Below, piece after piece: positions 1 to 13,884 of a stretch of DNA of 64,000 bases (positions are counted from its first letter, which is position 1; every line of letters starts with the position of its first letter). A model generated the notes under the pieces. It was not told where the DNA came from. It ran no database searches and saw nothing but the letters and a program-made list of their open reading frames with translations. A program made the translations under genes and the position numbers. This DNA comes from Vicugna vicugna (Eukaryota): assembly GCA_013265495.1 (NCBI GenBank), contig MU058289.1, forward strand, positions 558,001 through 622,000, in the 5' to 3' direction.

Positions 1-119
1 AGAGTGATGTGGACCTGGGAGTCTGGGTTTCTTCAGGCGCCTTGAGAGGCGTCATTAAACAAGTTGGAGTCAGATTCTTCATTAGTAGACAGTGATTTTT
101 GTGAAAATTAACAGCTTTT

Positions 120-1122
120 TATGTGCTTATTTATCACCCTTTGATGAAGTGTCAGTTCAAGTCTTTTTCCCATAAAGAAAAAATTAAGTTGTTTTTATTA
201 CAATTAAGTTTGAGGGCCATTCATCTATTTTGGATACAACTCCTTTGTCAGATATGTGATTTACAAATTTTTTTTTCTGGGTCTGTAGCTTATATGTTCA
301 TTTTCTAACAATGTCCATTGCAGAGCAAAAGTTTGTAATTCTGATGGAGTCTAAATTACATTTTTTTTCTTTTATGGAATTGTGTTTTGTATCATGTCTA
401 AGATTCTTGCTTAACTGAGGGTCAAGAAGATCTTCTCCTATGTTTTATTCTAAAAGTTTGATTTATAATTTACATTAAGATCTATGATCTGTCTTGAGTT
501 TATACTTGTAAGGTGTAAAGTTTTAGTTTAGTTGAGATTAATTATGATTTACATATTGTGGTCCAATGAAACACTAAAAACCTTTCTTTGATAAACTGCT
601 TTTGGACTCTTTTCTCAATAAATTGGCCCTGTTCATTGTGATCCTATTCCTGCAGTCCTTATTTTGTTGACCTATGTGCTTATCCATTTGCCAACACCAC
701 AGCGTCTTGCTAATGTAACTTTGTAGTGATTCTTAAAATTGGGTAACATAAAGACCCCAACTTCATACTTTTTCAGAATTGTTTTGACCATGCTTGTCTA
801 GATTTACAAATCTTGTTGTTTTTCTAACAGAGTTGCAGTAGAATTGGGAGAGATGTTGCACCTTCCAATTCGCTACTGTGGAAAGACTGTCCATTTATTT
901 AGGATTTCTTTGATGTCTTTCAGCAGCAGCTGTAGTTACATGCACTGCTTGTACATGTGTTATTTTAGATTTACTCCAAATCGCTTGCTTATTTGGGGGC
1001 TGTTGAAAATGGTACAGTTTTTTCATTTTGGTTTTTGACTGTTCATTGCTAGCATATAGAAATACAATAGATTTTTGCATGTTGATATTGCAACGTGCAT
1101 CTTGCTAAACTCATGTTATCAA

Positions 1123-1168
<46 letters not shown>

Positions 1169-1745
1169 TCCTTGGAATTTTCTACATAGACAGTCATGTC
1201 ATCTGCAAGTAAGGGTAGTTTTTATTTCTTCCTTTACTATCTGTATGCTCTTCCACACAACCCCTTTCTGACTTAGCGAGCTGATTAGGACTTCCAGTCT
1301 GCTGTGGAGAGGAGTGGTGGGAGTGGACGTCCCTGTCTTGTTGCATATATTGTGGGAGAAAGCCTTCCCTCTTTCACCACCACATGTGGTGGTAGCTGTA
1401 GGTTATCTGTAGATGCCCTCTATCAGGATGAGGAAGTTCCCAGTTAGTTCTGGTTTGTTGAGTGTTTATGGTGAATGGATATTGACTTTCCTCAAGTGCC
1501 TTTTCTGCATCAATTTATTGTATGGTTTGCTTTCTTTAGACAGTAAATATAGTGGGTTACATTGATTGATTTTCTATTGTTCAACTAGCTTTGCATTCTT
1601 GGGAGAATCCCCAATTGGTGGTGGTGTATTCTACTTGTACACTTCTTTTTGATTTTCTAGTATTTCATTGAGAAATTTTTCTATCTATATTCATGAGAGA
1701 TATTGATCTGGACATAGTCTCTATCTGATTTTGAAATCAAGACAA
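120..1745 (-). mobile_element. Old degraded LINE-1 fragments (antisense)
   Basis: T-rich antisense L1-like text (e.g. cagtcatgtcatctgcaagtaagggtagttt, ctgattaggacttccagt, ttttctgcatcaatt); no intact ORF. Boundaries approximate. Confidence 0.65.
1126..1166. repeat. (GT)20 microsatellite
   Basis: Perfect GT dinucleotide run read directly. Confidence 0.95.
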
Positions 1746-1751
1746 TGCTGG

Positions 1752-1791
1752 CATGCTAAGCCTACAGTCTACCATTTGAGCTATTCCCTCC
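1752..1791 (-). mobile_element. 5' fragment of tRNA-derived SINE (Vic-1-like)
   Basis: Reverse complement ggagggaatagctcaaatggtagactgtaggcttagcatg resembles the head of the SINE copies at 22612 and 48629. Confidence 0.55.
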
Positions 1792-1811
1792 TCTCCCAGA
1801 TAGGATTTAAA

Positions 1812-3468
1812 TTTTCTTTATTTAAGTATAGTTGATTTACAATATATGTTATACTTTCAGGTGCACAATATATCGATTCAAAATTTTTATAGATTATTTT
1901 CCATTTAAAGGTACTATAAAATATTTTTTATCTTCCCTGTGCTGTAAATATATCCCTGCACCTTTTAAAAATTTTATACCCAGTAGTTTGTACCTCTTAA
2001 TCCCATACCCCTATCTTACCTCTCCCCCTTCCTTCTTCCCACTGTAACCACCATTAGTTTGTTCGTTATATCTGTAAGTCTGTTTGTTTTGTTATTTTCC
2101 CTTGGTTGTTTTATTTTTTAGATTCCACATATAAGTGATAACATAGAGTATTTGTCTTTTTCTGTCTGACATATTTCACTAAGCATAATACCCTCCAATT
2201 CCATCCATGTTGTTGCAAATGGCAGAATTTCATTCTTTTTTATGGCTGAGTATTATTCCATTATATATCTATATTTATATTTATGTCCATATCTATATCT
2301 GTATATATCTCACATCTTGTTTATCCAGTCAACTGTTAATGGACACTTAGGTTGCTTCCATATCTTGCCTATTGTAAATAAATCTGCTATGAACATTGGG
2401 TACGTGTATCTTTTTGTCTTAGTGTTTTGGTTTTCCTTGGATATATACTCAGGAGTGGTTGGGGCCAAGAGGGTCCTGAGGCTGATATCTGCAGACTGGT
2501 AGGGGGGGCCAGGGCCCAGGATATCAGGTGCTGGTGCCCACCCACTGGTCAGTGAAGCTGGGTCCTGGGGTCTCTGACTGCTGGGCCCAGGGGTCCCCGA
2601 CCTATTTTTGGACTGCTGGTGGGCAGAGCTGGATCCTAGGCTATCCTGGGGCTGGTGCCTGCCCACTGGTGTGGGCCAGGTCCTGGGCCCTTTGGTGGAC
2701 AGGGCTATGTGTCAGGGTGGCTGTGGGCTCAGTGGGTCTTAAGTCAGGCTGCCTGCTGGTGGGTATGGCTATGTCTATGAAGGGCTAGTTGCTTGACCTG
2801 AGGCATTCCAGTATCAGTGGTTACAGGCTGGTGGGCAGGGGGAGTGGATGGTTCTGGTGCTAATAAGCTAGAAGGAGGATTTCAAAATGTTGCTTGTCAG
2901 CACTAGTGTCCATATGGTAGAAGAGCACCCCCAAATGGCTGTTGTCAGTGTCTGTGTCCCCAGGGTGAGCTCCAGTTGCCTCCTACCTCTCCAGGAGGCT
3001 CTCCAAGATCAGCAAGTGGGTCTGACCCAGGCTCCTTTCAAATTACTGCTTTTGCCTTGGGCCCCAGAGCGTGTGAGGTTTTGTGTGCCCTGTAAGTCTC
3101 TATTTTCCACAGCACTTTGGCTCTCCCCAAAATAAGCCAAACATTCTGGGGGCTCTTCTTGCTGGCACAGGACCACCGGGTGGGGAGCCCAGTGTGGGGT
3201 TTGGACCTCTTGCTTCTTGGAGAGAACCTCTGTAATTATCCTCCTGTTTGTGGGTGGCCCACCTGAGTGTATGAGCTTGACTATTCCACAACTCCATCCC
3301 TCTGACCTGCCTTGTTGTGTTCCTTCTTTATATCTCTAGTTGTAGGAGATCTTTTCTGCTAGATTCTGATCCTTCTCATCAATAGTTGCATTGAAAATGG
3401 TTGTAATTTTGGTGTTCCTGTGGGAGGAGGTGTGCTCAGGGTCCTCCTAGTCTGCAATTTTTGCCATG
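1812..3468 (-). mobile_element. Internally deleted LINE-1: GC-rich 5'UTR joined directly to ORF2 C-terminus and 3'UTR
   Basis: ORF 2310..2666(-) ends in the L1 ORF2 C-terminal motif PMFIADLFTIGKIWKQPKCP...WINKM; 2460-3468 is GC-rich L1 5'UTR-like; flanking near-direct repeats ctcccagataggatttaaa (1793-1811) and ctcccagatagaattttaaa (3469-3488). Confidence 0.7.
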
Positions 3469-4582
3469 CTCCCAGATAGAATTTTAAAAGTAGAGCTTGG
3501 CAAGCAGATTTGATATCTCATCCAGGAAAGAAAAGCCATGGAGATTCCTAGAAATTTTTGAGAAATGAAGACTTGACCTACCAGAGAGAATATAAAGCTA
3601 TAAAACTGTATTACTTCCAAATTGATATGGCTCAGAAATAAACTCTAGGAATAGTCACACTTTTATCTGGAAAGTTTTTGTGTGGCAAAGGTAGCATTTA
3701 ATGTCAATAGGAAAGTATGAACAAATTAATAATTTTTTTTACTGGATATGCAATTAGACTATCTTTACCTACAATACAAAAAATAACTAAATGGATATTA
3801 TTTGTTGTATTAAAAATTCATCATAAAATTTTTGTAATAAAATATCATTGGGAGATTACTTTAAAAAAATCAAGGTTGATGGGGTAGTCAAGAGCAGACA
3901 CTTGAAAACTATGTGATATATAGATCATGATAGGTTTGCATTCTTCTACCCCATTCATGATATGTAGAATTATGTTTCTTAGAATCTGGTTAACATGTCC
4001 AATAGTTCTCCTAGTTTCTTAGATTTTTTTAAAATTTATAATGTATTTTCTTTCATTTTTTCCTCAATCATAGTAACTCTACATTGCCTTGGGAAAGTTA
4101 CTTAAATTCTTTTAAATTTCTGCATGCGAAAGTAATTTTTAATGTACTGTGAAATATCTGAAAAGTGCTCCATGAATAGGAAATGTACCTTTTGGCTTGT
4201 GTTAGAACTATCTCTAAAACATCTGCAACTTAATAAAGAACACTAAAATTTTAAAAAGTTAATCATAAAATCACATATAAAACATTGGAAGAAAGTATAG
4301 GAAAGTGTTTTTAAGTTTTCTCAAATAAAATGTAAAACTCAGAAGGAATAAAAGTGAATTTTGATCAATTTGACTTGATAAGAGTTAAAAATATCTCTGT
4401 GAAACACAGGCATAAGTAATGTTAAAATACACGACAAACTATTTGTACCACATTTAACAGAAAAAAAGACTAAAGTCCTTGACATAATAAAAAGGACAAG
4501 TAACTATAGAAAATGGGGAAATGATATCACAAACAATTTAGAAAAGAAACAGAAAACATGAGTAAACTTTGAAAAAGATGTT

Positions 4583-4953
4583 TGTCTCAGTTCGGTCTGC
4601 CATAACAAAAGACCATAGACTCGTGTGTCTTAAACAACAGAAATTAATTTTCTCACAGATCTGGAGACTGGAAGTCTGTCATCACACTGCCAGCGTAGTT
4701 GGGTTCTGGTGAGAGCTCTCTTCTTGGCTTGCGGGTGGCCGCCTTCTCACTGTGTTCTTGAATGGTGGAGAGAAAAGGAGCAAGCTCTCACGTATTTCTT
4801 CTTATAAGGGCACTAATCCCACCAGGATTACACCACCCTCATGACCTCATCTCATCCTAGTTACCTCTTAAAAGCCCTGTCTCCAAATATCATCATACTA
4901 GGGGCTAGTGTTACAACATATCAATTTTGTGGGGACACAATTCAGTGCATAGC
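4583..4953. mobile_element. MaLR (MLT1-type) solo LTR inserted in an old L1
   Basis: Typical MLT1 text: tgtctcagtt...cttaaacaacagaaatt...ttctcacag...ggggacacaattcag...tagca; TG...CA ends. Confidence 0.7.
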
Positions 4954-7900
4954 AATGCTCAAACTCCTCATGAGAGAAATGCAAATTAAAGCAATAAAGA
5001 ACTATAATTTCTCACTCATCAAACTGGCAAAAATTCATAGGACTGATGATCTGGCGTGCTGACAAGAAGACAAGAACGATTCTCTCAGACCCTGGGGTTG
5101 GAAATGTGACTTGGTGAAGCCTTTGCAGGAGTCATCACAGCATGAGCCAACAACGCATACAAAGTCCTGATCACTCAAGCCTGCAGTCCCGCTTCCTGGA
5201 CTCTGTTCTATGGTAGTGCTTGCTCACTTGCACAGAGAAGCATGCTTGTGGATGTTCTTTGCAGGATTGTTTGTGGCAGCCAAAAGACAGAAATAATCTT
5301 TATATCCGACCAGAGGGTCCTATTAGTAAATTTTGCAATCCCTGACGTGGCTCCAGAGGCAGTTATTAGAAAGAGGGAGAGAAAATCAGAGTATAGGTTA
5401 TCTTTTGTGGAGAAGGAATTGGGAAAGGGCGCAGGGGTCTTCTGGTCTCTGCCTTGTTTCAGGTGCAGGTTACATGGGTATGCTGTTTGTGAAAGTTCAT
5501 TTGTATACACATATGATTGGTACACTCTTACGCACTTCAACAAAAATAATTTTTAAGTAAGGGACTCAGTATACTCTTGATTTAAATGAGACTCAGATTC
5601 TCAAACTCTTCATTTAAATGAGAAATCTAGGTCTATCATAGGTTCTTAGGGAGTATTTCTTGGGTGGGAGGAGTACGGGTTTTTGCTTTTTAATTCACAC
5701 ACCTGAGAATTGTGAGAAAAGAGGGACAATGCCTGCAGTCTCCTTCTGACATAAAGAAATTCAAAAGCACGTCTTTCTTTCAGGAAATAAGGATGTCAAT
5801 TCAAGCATTGTTAAGAGAGTAATAGCAATCAGTAAGATAACTCATCAAAATTGAAGACTGTAAGAGGTTAAGAATCATAGGTCATAGGTCATAGGACATG
5901 GGAGTAATGTTGCAGTCTGACTGTCTTAAAGTTTGTTATGTTTTCTGGGGTTAGATATAAAATTTGCGAGGCCAATTCATGGTGTAGAACAGAATCTGCT
6001 TTCCCCAAGCTACTTATTCTTTTGAGATTGTCCCTCTTCTCCTGCTCAGAGTTCTCTCCCCAGAAGAAAGAAGGGCTCAAGGGTTCATGCCAGTGCTGGA
6101 GTCCCATGCGCTCTCATTGAGGGAGAAAAGGCAGGTCTGAGAACCTGGCAGTTTACCCTATGGACCAGAGGGAGATAATCGACAATTAGAATACAGTGCG
6201 TTAGGTGTTCAAAATCTTCAGTATTAACACAAAAGTATTTTCAAGACCCAGCAGTAAGCAGGAAGAAAGTGTGATACCAATGTGTTTGGACGTGTAGGCA
6301 CATGGAAATGCAAATAAAGGTAACTAGAAAGAGTTACAATAAAATATTGACACTGATTACCTTTGAGAGGGGGAAATTGATGCCAGGACTAGCCATGAAG
6401 TGAGCTCCTCTTCTCCTTCATACTCCTATTATTATTTGATTTTTTTTTTTTTGGTGAGAATATATTTGAGTGAAAGTTGTGCAAAATTAAAAAAAAATCC
6501 CAAGGAAATAAAAAAGTTTAACGATCCAAGGGAAAAAGAGAATAAAAAATGACCTGGCCTGTCTGACCATGGGAAATTCTGGTGAGGGCAGTTACAGAGA
6601 ATTCTGGAGAGTCTGGGAACAATTAGTGAAGCGGTACAGAGATAACTGAGCAAACAGAACGAACAGAAAGAAGAGGAAGAGAAGGGAGAGGAAAATAAAA
6701 GGAAGAGAAAAAAGTCTGAAGGAGTGCAGGCAGATGAGTTGCTTGGCTTCTGAGTTCAAAAATGAGTTCACAAAGAGTATGTAAGCACCATAAACCACCG
6801 AGCGCAGTAATCCTCACACAGCCATAATGAAATGTAAGCCCGATAAACTGAGTTAAAAATTGTAATCTCATTCTGTGGGAAGCAGGGTGGAGAGGGAAGA
6901 ATGGGTAGGCATTAAATCTGCATGTTTCATTATAGTAATTCAACCAATGGTGTCTCAAGATATAAGAATATACATTCCTGTTTTGTTTTATATTTACATG
7001 GTGATAAATACCAGATGAATGCCTGAGAGTGGAATACAGGTTGGGGGAAGTCAGGGAGCTGAAACAGAGAAGACCAGTTGGCTTTCCCAGTCTTGTAACA
7101 CAACGTGACTCTTTTTGGATTTGGCTGTTCATGCTGACACGGGCCATCCTGACTTGCCAGGCTTTGTGGCTGAGTGTGGCAGGCTCAGTTTGGGCTGGTC
7201 GGGGGAGGGACAGGGATGGCTGACTATCTAGTGTATCTAGTGCACTAACACAGTGGACAAGCAAGCATAATCCCTTTTCCAGACACACCTGTAATGTGGA
7301 GCATTATGCCACAAACAAGTATAATCTGTGCAGATATCCAGGGTCATGGAGGGAAAAGAAACAGCATTTTACAAGCTAAGGTTAGGGTTAACCATGGAGT
7401 AGCACCTTTGTTCTTTCCTTCACTCGTTATTTTCCATAAACCTTCCAAGATGGTTCTCTTGTTGGGTATGAAATTAAAGCTGTAAGCCCAGATGTCTAAG
7501 AAATGTAACTCTATTTTTCTGCATCTGCACTGGTTAGGGTGGATTAAGTTGTGGAAATAGGCGGGCCATACATGACACGGCATACAACACAATAGCTTAT
7601 TTCCTGCTCAATCATGGGAGGCGACTGGGGAAAGGGTGACTATCCCTAGAATGATTCAGGGTCTGAGTCTGATTGAAGCTGTTCCATCCCCACAACATCT
7701 GGCCTTCAGATCACCATAATTATTGCTTGCACAGTTAGCTAGGGAAGGAGGAAAATGGGGGAGTGCCTGTGGGAGGTGGGTTAAGGCCAGGGTTGTTTGT
7801 GGCACACATCACTTTTGATCACATTCCATGAAACCAAAGACAATCTTCTGGCCACAAGGGAGAGCTAGGAAATGTGGCTGTGGAGTGCTCTCAGGAAGAC

Positions 7901-8529
7901 AAGGAGATGAGCATTGGGAAAGAGTTAGCAGTCTTTTCCACAGCAGTCTTCCACAGCTACTCGACTTAATTTCTGCTGATAGCCCCATTCAAGCTGATTG
8001 AGAAAACTTAATTCTGCTAAGTCTAGGGTTTCTGGGTTTGAATTTGGGGTTGTCCATGAAGCTAGGGCCCCGGAAAGAACCCCTGAGTGTTTGTTGTCCA
8101 TAGGATCAGCCTAAATCTCTGTTTTCATTCGTTCTGGATGGCTCCTGTGTTATCCCTGGTTCCCCTCTGATAGTCATCCTCACCCTAACACTTCATCTCC
8201 TCCTCACCAAACTGGAACATGAGATAGCCTGCTTGGCTATCGGAGGCCATTGCTTCCTAGACCTCCACACCATACAGCATATTTTCCTTGAGAAAAGCCT
8301 CTCTAGGATTTATATGTGAAGTGGGAATACAAGTGTTACCTGGGGTCTTTGACACTCTGCCCCTTCCTGACATGCAGGCTGTAGGGACATTCTTGAGGAT
8401 ATACCAGCATCTGATCTTTCTCTACTTTCCCTTTTCCATGAATAGGGGGCAATTTCCCTTTCAGGATTGAGGGAGAGATGGTCTTCATCAGCTCTTCTGC
8501 CAAATCTGTTATTCATTTATTGAGGTCTT

Positions 8530-8568
8530 GAAGGCGTTGGTGGTATAGTGGTGAGCATAGCTGCCTTG
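8530..8568 (+). pseudogene. Tailless retropseudogene of the 5' half of tRNA-Gly(TCC)
   Basis: 8534-8567 GCGTTGGTGGTATAGTGGTGAGCATAGCTGCCTT matches the recalled 5' half of mammalian tRNA-Gly-TCC and stops in the anticodon loop; perfect 16-bp TSD catttattgaggtctt at 8514-8529 and 8569-8584; no poly(A). Confidence 0.9.
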
Positions 8569-9279
8569 CATTTATTGAGGTCTTTCCATTCTTCCCCTAG
8601 AAGACTTTTAATCTCAAAAGCTGGAGGAGGGTTCTGTTTTCCTATTCCTGCTCTGAGACACTAGAACCCTAGAATTACAGCTTAAATAAGCCTAAAGAAC
8701 ATTGATCCGAATTTCTAAATATGGCAATTATTATGCCCATTTTACAAAGGAACCAGATTCAAGAAAATCATCTTGTTCAAGAATATACAATTTTTAAGTG
8801 TCAGAGGTGGGGTGTAACCCCGCATCTGCTTGATTTCTGTGTCTCCTAGCTTCACCGCTAGGTCATTCAGATTTTCATATGATCTGGGAAATACACAGCC
8901 CTAGAGAAACACAGACACTGACTCAGAAGCACACACATGCACACCCAGTGGAAGCTGAAACATGCCCTTCAATTTTATTGGTTGAAATAAATATTTTTCT
9001 GAAAGGGCAGCCCAGTATCAAGGAGCTTAGGGCATCTAGGGCATGAAAGTGAGGATCCCCAGGGTGGCTGATGACAGATCTGGAGGCCTAGAGGATGAAG
9101 TAGTATGGTGTTTCTGGACTAGTGGGTTGCATGGCTGTTGAGTTCCTTGGCTAGTAGGCTTCCTGGCTAGGGATGTCTCAGCTGTTGGTTTCTTGCATGG
9201 TGGCTGATTTGTCTGGTTAATGTCTTGTTGGGTAGGTACTGTTGGAGTGGGTGAACCCATTGGCTACTGAGCCTGGCCT

Positions 9280-9921
<642 letters not shown>

Positions 9922-10439
9922 CTAGTTCTAATCAGAATCGCCAAGACCCAAACCGTCAAAGGCCATTACTTAACAATGGAGAAACCAGCCCAAGTCCTGA
10001 TTGGCTGCCCACGTAAGGGGGTGTGGTCCAACTGCTCTGCTCCTCCAGGACTCGGAGGGGGCTCCATCCTCTCTCAGGACATTGACTCTGCCCACGCTGA
10101 TAGGAATTGGTTGGAAGTCATAAGGTTGAATCCTGGCTCCTCTTTCCTGAAGACTCTATCCACGGAGAGGGCAGGAGCGCGGTACCAGGGACGCCTCCCA
10201 AGAGTTGCATGAGCGAGGAAGTAGACAAGCCGACTGAGAAAGCTAGAAGGCTTACAAACCAAAGGGAACAGAAATGAAAATGTCAGTAACAGAGTATAAA
10301 ATATTAAATTAAGAAAGAATTCTAGTCCATTCTGACAGGAAGAAAGAAAGAAAAAAGGATGAAAGGGGGTAACATCTTTCTTATAGTAGAATGCCATCTA
10401 ATAAATGTCAATGGAATGATGGAAATGGAAAATTGCCAT

Positions 10440-11003
10440 TGTGGTAGGCAGAATCTAAGATGGCCCCAAGACTCCTGCTCCCTGGTGTATATACACCTTC
10501 GAGTTACTCCTTCAAGTACTAATCTATGTGCCGCTGTGAAGGGATTCTACGGATGTAGTTAAGGTCCCCAGTCAGTTAATGTTAAGATAGGAGGAGTATC
10601 CCCAGAGGGTCTAACCTGATCAGTGGAGTTCTTAAGAGGGACGACTTTACTGGCAAAAAACGATTCTAGGCAGGAGGTGGATTAGAGGCAAGGGAGAGCC
10701 TCCATTGCTGGCTTTAAGATGAAGGGCATCACATGGCAAGGAATGCAGGCAACCTTGAGATAAGAGTGGCTCCCAGATGTAAGCCAGCAAGGAATTGGGG
10801 GCATTAAGTCTACAACAGTAGAGATCTGAATCCTTTCATAACCAAATTCATTTGGAAGAGGGTCTTTGCTCCAAAATGAGAACACAGGCCAATACCTTGA
10901 TTTCAGCCTTGTGAGAACCTGAGCAGGGAACTCAGCCATTGTAACCTACAGAACTCCGAGTTAATGTTGTGGGCATTTGTTATGCATCGTTAGAAAATTA
11001 GCA
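10440..11003. mobile_element. MaLR (MLT1-type) LTR
   Basis: tgtggtaggcagaat...aagatggcccc...ttgctggctttaagatgaagg...ccttgatttcagccttgtgaga...ttgttatgca, characteristic MLT1 segments. Confidence 0.7.
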
Positions 11004-13639
11004 ACCATTCAAACACCATAGTAATTACTGACTCTGGTAAGAACCATCAATGGATGCTAAACCTCTGGGTTTTAGCATAGTTCCCTTGGCTTGTGATTTT
11101 AGGGAAACAGAGGATGTGATGAGCCAATTTGCAGGGAGTTGTAAGTGGGTAGGAGGAGGTAACACAGTGAAGCCCAGAAATATATACTCCAACATGGTTT
11201 GTCAAAGACATAACTGTATGTAAGCACAGTCAGGGACCCGGAAGCAGCAACAAGAACAACAGCAACACACACAATCCAGAAATCAGAAAATTCTTCATGG
11301 AATGTGCTGGGAAAAGCAGTCCCACCTGGATAGCCTTTCAGTCTCCACTTTCCACATAACAATGGGCCTTGGGTTGGAGTATTTCCTTAGCAAGAGATAA
11401 AGAGCCCATACAACCTGCAGAGCCTACCACCTTGTGTGGGACTATCTTTCCCTGTTTCAGGTTCAGTGTGGATTCCTTTGTTCTGCTTGAGTATATGGAT
11501 CAATAGCTTTCAGACACACACCCAAGCTTTTAGTATTTCAGACTCCAGGAGGAAGGGATCAGAGTCCTCCTGCTGCAGGACAAGAGGAGTTCATGTAGGC
11601 CAACTGTACCCACTAGTTGTGTGGGACAGATGCCCACTGATGGAGCTGACCTTGCTCTGCCTCTTGTCTATGAGAGTAGAAGTGTTGTTCCATCCAGTGT
11701 TTGACTGTGTTCTGTTTTCCTTGGTGACTCCTATACCAAGATGTAGTAGGCAGAAAGGTTTGGACTTCCATTTCTGGTGGTCGGCATCGTGATGATCTTT
11801 GCCAATGCTGGAATAGCAGTTAGACTCCTCTCCCGGCATTGGTAACCAGTGTTGTGCTCGACAGAATGAATTGGTTCAGATCACTTCAAGGGTCAAAGTG
11901 GAAATTCCAAAGCAAAAATTATGAGGTGGGGGAGGGGGACAGAACTCAAAGATGGGTAGAATGAAGAATATAGATTGGTTTCTAGCAAGTCCCTTGGATG
12001 GTGGGTACCTTGGTTTGGTGGGGTGCAGGGGGGTGGGGATCCTCTTGAATAGCAAGTCTCTTGTCCGAGGTGGCTTTGGGATGGTGACTTGTCTGGGTTC
12101 TGTGTGCCTGGGCTCATGCATCCCTTGTCTGGTGAATCCTTTGACTTGAATGACCCTTAGCTGGTGTGTCCCTCGGCTGGAGGGCCACCTAACCAACAAG
12201 AAATTGAATGTAGAAACTACGTTTATGTGCAGTTTAGTGACAGGAAACTCGGGAAGAGCATTTGACATGAATATTTCCCTACTGTGTGGCAGTTTGCTTC
12301 CTAGTTGGCTTTCTTGATCTATAGGGTGCTGGTGGTGGTTGGAAGGAATGTGTGACTTTATAGAGTGAATTGAGGGAACTATTTAGGATCTCCAAAAAGG
12401 TGATGGGGCCTGAACAACTTCCACCTCCAGTGCTCAGTGGTGAGCAGAATTAGGTGCAGGAATGGAGAAGGGGTTGTATACACTGCAGGTTAGGTCTTGG
12501 GCAGTGGAGACAGTGCCCCATCTTCACAGTATAGACAACAGCTGGGATTTCCAAGGGGAAGTTTATGATGACTAAAGGCAGTGGACAGATTGGATGAATA
12601 CTCCCTCTCTACCATGTACCTGTTGCTTCTTGTGTTTTCCTTCTTTCACTCACTCTTTTCCTTTTTATTTTTTGGCCCTTCTTTCTGTATGTAGTAGCTT
12701 TCTTGGCTTGGACTCTTGGATTTCAATTTCCAGAAAGTAAAGGATTTGGTGAGAATCCTTAGTTGGGAAGGGACAAGCGTACTTCCTCCTGACTCCTAGT
12801 CAGCTACAAGACTTAAGGCATCATCTGCTTTTCCATTATTGAGATAGTCAAGCCCTGCCCCTCCCTTTACTTTCAACAGCTGACTAGTTCATCAGACAGA
12901 CATGCTGACCTCTCACCTAAATAACTTAGAGAATCTACCCTCTGATGGGCTTTGTCTTCAGGGGCAAGTCTGTACAGGTGTTGGTTCCCAAGAAATCTCC
13001 TCCAGCGCCCTTGGTGCCAACTTTCCAGAGTGCCTTGTGGCTCCGGAGAGTGGGAGAGGGAAGAAGACACCTGGCCCAGAGTTGGGAAAGAGCCAGGAAA
13101 GGTCTCAGAAAGGAAGGCATGGACAGAGCATCAAGACCTGAGATGTATCCTCTGGATTTAAGAGGATAGTTGCCTTTGGTGAGGGGAACTTCATAGTCAG
13201 TGGGGTCAGGTTCCATCATGCAGTGACTCAAATGGTTTGCAAGAACAGGGACAGTGGAGGCAGAATGTAGATATTGCTTTCCAAAATTTTATAGGTGAAG
13301 GAGAAACAAGAGGCAGTGAAACAGCTGAGAACAATGTGGGCCCCAATGCCTAATTTCAGAGAGCCATGGATTGAGTGTGAGATGTGGAAGTGGAAATGAT
13401 ATAGACACTCTTTTCAGGAAGTTTGCCTATGAAGGGCCAAGAAATGCAGGACTGGGGTAGGATTATGGGAGTGAGAGTAATTTTTTTTTTTTAAGATGGG
13501 TGAGATGTGAGCATATGCAACTGGGATGGAGATTCTGAAAAGATGGTAGCATGGTCCCATGTTCTGACTCTCCTTTTGTCTCTGGAATTTAAAATGATCA
13601 AACAAATAAACCCAGGTAACAGATAAATGTGAACTGAAT

Positions 13640-13850
13640 CAACACTCCTGAACCTTGGAACCAGACTATGTAAGTCCAAATCTCTGCCACACCACTGACT
13701 AGCTGTGCCACTTCTTGCAAGTCAGTTAGTCTCTCTGTGCATCTGTTTTCTCATCTTTAAAATGGGGATAATACTAGTTTCTCCCTCATTCTGTCATGAG
13801 GATTAAGTAAGTTAATGTATATAAAAAGCTTAGAACTGTGCCTGGCACTC
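13640..13850 (+). mobile_element. MIR SINE (further copies near 22070-22290, 27120-27330, 27470-27640, 33800-33940 and 52900-53000)
   Basis: MIR core: ctctgtgcatctgttttctcatctttaaaatggggataata...gaggattaa...tgcctggcac. Confidence 0.7.
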
Positions 13851-13884
13851 AGATTCAGTCTGGAAGTGAGACCCACACAGTATT

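Noticed and set aside
6623..7288. 221-aa minus-strand ORF
   Set aside because: No recognisable domain or exon structure; overlaps degraded repeat-like sequence.
11040..12550. Possible ERV/LTR internal (pol-like) relic next to the MLT1 LTR
   Set aside because: I could not identify a diagnostic motif; it needs RepeatMasker or Dfam.
12935..13231. Minus-strand ORF starting MEPDPTDYE, faintly like the dispanin paralog start (TDPRDLE)
   Set aside because: No DY/LGIPA motif, no convincing hydrophobic segment and no AG acceptor; the similarity is at chance level.
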